Shown one piece after another: positions 60,114-64,000 of a DNA stretch of 64,000 nt. The DNA is from a bacterium (GTDB lineage Bacteria > Hinthialibacterota > Hinthialibacteria > Hinthialibacterales > Hinthialibacteraceae). The stretch's first letter is position 1. The number at the start of each line of letters is the position of its first letter. The position numbers and the translations under genes are program-made. The notes under the pieces were generated by a model. It made no database searches and was not told where the DNA came from. It was given only the letters and a program-made list of their open reading frames with translations. Location: assembly GCA_963663405.2 (NCBI GenBank), contig CAXXSM010000053.1, positions 32,001 through 96,000 of the forward strand, given 5' to 3'.

Positions 60114-63100
60114 ATGAATACATCTCCGGCGCAAAAAGTTCAACTCACACCCCTAACCGTATGGGAACGTCTGGCGTATTTGTTCGGGCGTATGATCGTC
60201 CTTTTTGCGATGTTCTACATCCCTCTCATATTTTACACCCTGACATGGCGGCATTTCGCGATTCCCAAAATGGCGTCCTTTCAGTTTTTAACGATGCTGT
60301 TGATTGTCTGTTGGATCATCGTCGCTTGTTCGCGGCGGTTTGTCCGGTCCGCTTTAGCGACTCCTGCGGCGTTCTTTTTCGTGGTGATTATGCTTACCAG
60401 TTTGGTGGCGGTCAATTTAGCCGAAGCCTGGGAGACCGTCATTTTTACCGGCGCCTGTCTCACCGTTATGGTGCTGACGCCGAAATTCTTTACCCGGTTA
60501 AGGGATTTTGAAGTCGTTGTCTTCCTGCTGGGTATTTTATGTATCTTTGTCGATATTTACGCGCTAGGTCAATGGTTTAATTGGGAATATCTTTTTAGTG
60601 TATTCGATCAATTTGGTTTGCAAAAATTTACCCATAAGCCCGTCGCGTCCATGGGAAATGAGAATTACCTTGGTGAATTTCTCAATATGGGCCTGCCCAT
60701 CTGTCTCTGTATGATTTTCTGCCATTGGCGGAAGCCCATGGAGTTGATTTTCTACAGCTTCGTAACGTTGTTGAACGCCGTGACAATGTTGTACATCGAC
60801 TGTAACGCCTCCTACATGGGATTTCTCTTTTCCGTTCCTATCGTTTTAATTCTGTTGGCGTTCTTCAAAGTCATCCCCTGGATCGAACGTTCCGGCTTTT
60901 TTAACGCGTCTCGGGAAAGTTTAGAAAAAACATTCCGTCATATTGTTGTGTTGGGGATTCTCGCCCTGGCGATCCTGGCTACGATTCTTGCCAGTACGGA
61001 CAACCGTTACCGGAAAAATATGGCGACAATGGCGTCCTGGGTGGACGTCAATGGAGACAATCGTCCCGACGGGGTACCGCCGATTGTGTTCCGGCTTCAA
61101 TGTATGGACGCCACAATTCGCTGTATCCGCGATGTGCCCATCACCGGCATTGGCGCCGGCAATTTTAAAGTGATCCATCCCTTGTATGAAAGCCAATTGG
61201 AACGGAAAGTGTTGGGCACAGAGACGTTAGCCCGGAAAGCCCACAACGATCATCTTCATCATGCTGTGGAGTATGGTGTGTTTGGATTGTTCAGCTGGTA
61301 TTGGATCATCAGCACATCGGTGCTGGCGATCTTCTGGTCGTTTCAAATTCTACGCCGCCGGGAAGGCGCCGGGAATTCTACCGCCGGTGGTTTTCCTTTG
61401 GCGGAGTATGAGAAAGGCTTCTATTTCTATCTCCAATTGGGCATGCTAGGCGCTATACTGACCGCTTTAATCAGCTGCGCGTTTGGGCATACGTTTATCC
61501 TGCCCTCTTCCGCGGTCACATATTGGATTATCAGCGGTGTATGCGTCGCCGCTTTTCAGGCGCTTCATCGGGCGGAACGAAAGGTTCCAACTCTAATCAT
61601 GGGTGTCACGCCTGAAGCGCCCACGCCCGCGCAACGAATTACAAGATTGATCCCTGGCCCCGTCCGTTATGCGTTTCTCTTCGCGATTGTTTTACCCTTC
61701 GGCGCGATGAACACCTATCAAATTATCGGGGAACTCTGGCTGCGGCAGGGGATGATCCTGCATGGGGAGGATTCTGACGATCGAATACCCAACTATCCCA
61801 CTATGTTTATGTGTTTCCAGAAAGCGATGCAGATTTGGCCCTACCAGATGGAAACGTATTACATCCTGGGCCGTTACTATATCGATGCGATTCAGGAGTT
61901 TGACCAGGCAAAAGTTTTAATTGAGCGGGGCGAAGAAGATAAAGCGATAGAACGGCTGAGAATGGTAGGTTTGACCCGATATGATCGAGAACAAATGCTG
62001 AGGGAAGGTATTGTCGCTCTGCAGAACGATATTTTTATGAATCCGAACTACAAATGGGCGCATAACAATCTCGGTGTGCTGTACGATAAACATCAGAATC
62101 TAACATTATCGGAACTCGCCTACAGTCGCGTGTTCGCTATCGACCGGGAACAGATCTTCGCTCATTACAACCTCGGATTGGGGTATATCCGAAGGAACTT
62201 GTGGAAGAAAGCCGTCGAACGGCTTGAATTTGCCCGCATGTTCGATCCGTCCTACCAAGACGTCAACCGATATATGGCAAATTGTTTCATTAACCTGAGA
62301 GATTATGGACGCGCCATGACGGCGGCGGATAAATTCCTCTCTATCAAGATCCTCGAACGAATCGATCATTTATCCGATCGGTATCCTCGTAAGACTTTTC
62401 AACCCATTTTAGATGACTTGGAAAAACGGGATCTCATCTCGGCTCTGCGAAAAGCGCAGGGGATGATTCAATTCCAAGAGCCGTATTTGTATCTAATTTA
62501 TTTGAAAATCGCCGCTCTGCAACGAAACGATCCAAATGGGGATTTAGACTTAGCGCTTGACGCGATTCAAAAAGCGGAACTCTCCGTCTCCGCGCCGCCT
62601 GATCAAGAATTCGCTCTCGAATTTGGTGATATCTACCTGGCGAAGAACAATTTTGGGAAAGCCGCGGAAAAGTATGAGAGTTTTCTCAGAATCAATCCCA
62701 GGCGGGCGGATGTGTTGAGAAAACTGGCTACCTGTTACCTCGAATTGGGAGATTATCCTAGAGCGCTCCGCGCATACGAGCCGATCTTGGAACTGGATGC
62801 AAACAACTGGGGACATGAACTTAGTTTCGCCCGTATTTTGTTAGCCAATAACATTCCGTGGGCGGATGTTTATCCTCATGTTGCGAAAGCCATCGCCTTG
62901 GGAACAGATTCCGTGCGAGAAATCATCGTTAAAGAAGACGCGTCCAGTTATCTAGGTCCGTTTCTCGTTCAAGACGAGGCATTACGTAAGCTGATGGGTG
63001 ACAAGTATTTGCGCATGTTGAACATTGAAGATAAAAACACTCTCGAGGTGAACGAAGCGCCCACTGACGCGACGCCTTCAGCACAGACATCCAGCGCAGT

Positions 63101-63197
63101 GATGGAAGCGTCTTCGGAAGAGAATACCCCTTTGGAAGATGAGAGTCCTTCCACTCCGGATATTTCCTCTTCAACCAAAACCGGAGAAGATGGTTAA
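60114..63197 (+). CDS. O-antigen ligase / O-oligosaccharyltransferase-like (Wzy_C) membrane protein with C-terminal TPR array
   Basis: Multiple TMs, SMGNENY, R....PITGIGAGNF, AHNDHLHHAVEYGVFG, then TPRs (AHNNLGVLY, AHYNLGLGY); GAGGAGG upstream. Confidence 0.82.
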   Translation: MNTSPAQKVQLTPLTVWERLAYLFGRMIVLFAMFYIPLIFYTLTWRHFAIPKMASFQFLTMLLIVCWIIVACSRRFVRSALATPAAFFFVVIMLTSLVAVNLAEAWETVIFTGACLTVMVLTPKFFTRLRDFEVVVFLLGILCIFVDIYALGQWFNWEYLFSVFDQFGLQKFTHKPVASMGNENYLGEFLNMGLPICLCMIFCHWRKPMELIFYSFVTLLNAVTMLYIDCNASYMGFLFSVPIVLILLAFFKVIPWIERSGFFNASRESLEKTFRHIVVLGILALAILATILASTDNRYRKNMATMASWVDVNGDNRPDGVPPIVFRLQCMDATIRCIRDVPITGIGAGNFKVIHPLYESQLERKVLGTETLARKAHNDHLHHAVEYGVFGLFSWYWIISTSVLAIFWSFQILRRREGAGNSTAGGFPLAEYEKGFYFYLQLGMLGAILTALISCAFGHTFILPSSAVTYWIISGVCVAAFQALHRAERKVPTLIMGVTPEAPTPAQRITRLIPGPVRYAFLFAIVLPFGAMNTYQIIGELWLRQGMILHGEDSDDRIPNYPTMFMCFQKAMQIWPYQMETYYILGRYYIDAIQEFDQAKVLIERGEEDKAIERLRMVGLTRYDREQMLREGIVALQNDIFMNPNYKWAHNNLGVLYDKHQNLTLSELAYSRVFAIDREQIFAHYNLGLGYIRRNLWKKAVERLEFARMFDPSYQDVNRYMANCFINLRDYGRAMTAADKFLSIKILERIDHLSDRYPRKTFQPILDDLEKRDLISALRKAQGMIQFQEPYLYLIYLKIAALQRNDPNGDLDLALDAIQKAELSVSAPPDQEFALEFGDIYLAKNNFGKAAEKYESFLRINPRRADVLRKLATCYLELGDYPRALRAYEPILELDANNWGHELSFARILLANNIPWADVYPHVAKAIALGTDSVREIIVKEDASSYLGPFLVQDEALRKLMGDKYLRMLNIEDKNTLEVNEAPTDATPSAQTSSAVMEASSEENTPLEDESPSTPDISSSTKTGEDG

Positions 63198-63249
63198 GCG
63201 TATCGTTGCGTCTTCTTTCCCACCTTCGAACCGTTTATAATTATGCGCT

Positions 63250-64000
63250 ATGCGAATTCTATTCATTGGCCATAGTGGCTATGGCTACCCACACACACGA
63301 GTGCGCTGCTATCACTTTGCAAAAATCCTGTCGACCATGCCGGGTGTTGATACGGGTGTGTTATCTTTTCGGGATGATCTCGCCCCCCATAAATCCGAAG
63401 CGGCGATGTATGAAAATCTCCGGGACCGCGAAAAATTGGTCCTAACGGTAAAAGCCCTTCGAAGACTGGTTCAGGAACGAAATACGATTTTCTATATCCA
63501 AAAAGCCCATTTCCACGCCGCCGCTCCCTTTTTTCTCCATCGAATGGGTTTGGCTCCCCGATATATTTTCGATTACGATGATTACGACATTCCTCTTTCG
63601 AATTTTTTTGGCCGGGGCATACTCAACCGAATTTTTTTTGGATCGAACCGCTGGGATGAGATCACTTATCTCCTCGCCCGAAACGCGCGGGGATGTGTCG
63701 CGGCCAGTCATGAATTGTACGGATTTCTCCAAAAATATAACGAACAAGTCGCCTATATCCCGACGGGAGTAGATGATACGGCGTTTTCCCCTGGAGATCG
63801 GACGAAACGGCAAGGACCGCTCACATTTCTATGGAATGGACTGGTGTGGGGCGAGCCGATTCTAAACAATGTGCTTTTCCTTCTTCGCGCTTATAATACT
63901 GTCGTTTCCTCAATGCCGGACACACGGCTTCTCCTAACGGGTGGGGGCGCTGAATGGCAAACATTGAAGGATCGCGCCGCGTCGGAATTTTCGCATCTGC
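63250..64000 (+). CDS. Glycosyltransferase family 4 (partial, runs off right edge; not in ORF track)
   Basis: Manual translation from ATG 63250: MRILFIGHSGYGYPHTRVRCYHFAK...IFDYDD...CVAASHEL...YIPTGVD..F...FLWNG...RLLLTGGG, open to the edge. Confidence 0.85.
   Translation, partial: MRILFIGHSGYGYPHTRVRCYHFAKILSTMPGVDTGVLSFRDDLAPHKSEAAMYENLRDREKLVLTVKALRRLVQERNTIFYIQKAHFHAAAPFFLHRMGLAPRYIFDYDDYDIPLSNFFGRGILNRIFFGSNRWDEITYLLARNARGCVAASHELYGFLQKYNEQVAYIPTGVDDTAFSPGDRTKRQGPLTFLWNGLVWGEPILNNVLFLLRAYNTVVSSMPDTRLLLTGGGAEWQTLKDRAASEFSHL

Noticed and set aside
63206-63813. ORF-track ORFs 63206..63445, 63442..63813, 63578..63772
   Set aside because: Alternate frames or antisense of the edge-truncated GT4 gene starting at 63250.

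Overview
Ordinary chromosomal segment of a diderm, carbohydrate-degrading bacterium. The dispersed GspG/pilin-like paralogues, Tat-exported Gfo/Idh/MocA enzymes and a sulfatase suggest a PVC-adjacent candidate lineage such as Ca. Hinthialibacterota/OLB16; this is inference only. I found about 45 CDS and no rRNA, tRNA, CRISPR array, transposase or integrase. Housekeeping genes: recD2-like helicase, glutamate dehydrogenase, ubiX, ubiA/mqnP, mtaB, anmK, aroQ. Other content: a TRAP transporter with a KdgF-like cupin and GH32, plus GH5, GH78, a Na/Pi cotransporter, a sodium:solute symporter and a clear cobalamin riboswitch. Most notable signals: (1) five secreted proteins from four unrelated families end in the same short non-membrane tail, S/T-linker-[VIAT]-x-x-W-x-[LI]-[YH]-COOH, a candidate C-terminal sorting signal; (2) an operon in which a DUF318 metal permease is fused to an HflK/SPFH domain and followed by its own hflC and hflK; (3) a metzincin protease with two Kelch propellers inserted inside other domains; (4) a B12-riboswitch-controlled, transcobalamin-like secreted protein; (5) three monocistronic pilin-like paralogues with conserved scaffold and variable loops. 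Five apparent single-base indels in homopolymers are most likely assembly errors. All assignments come from motif recognition by eye; no database search was run.
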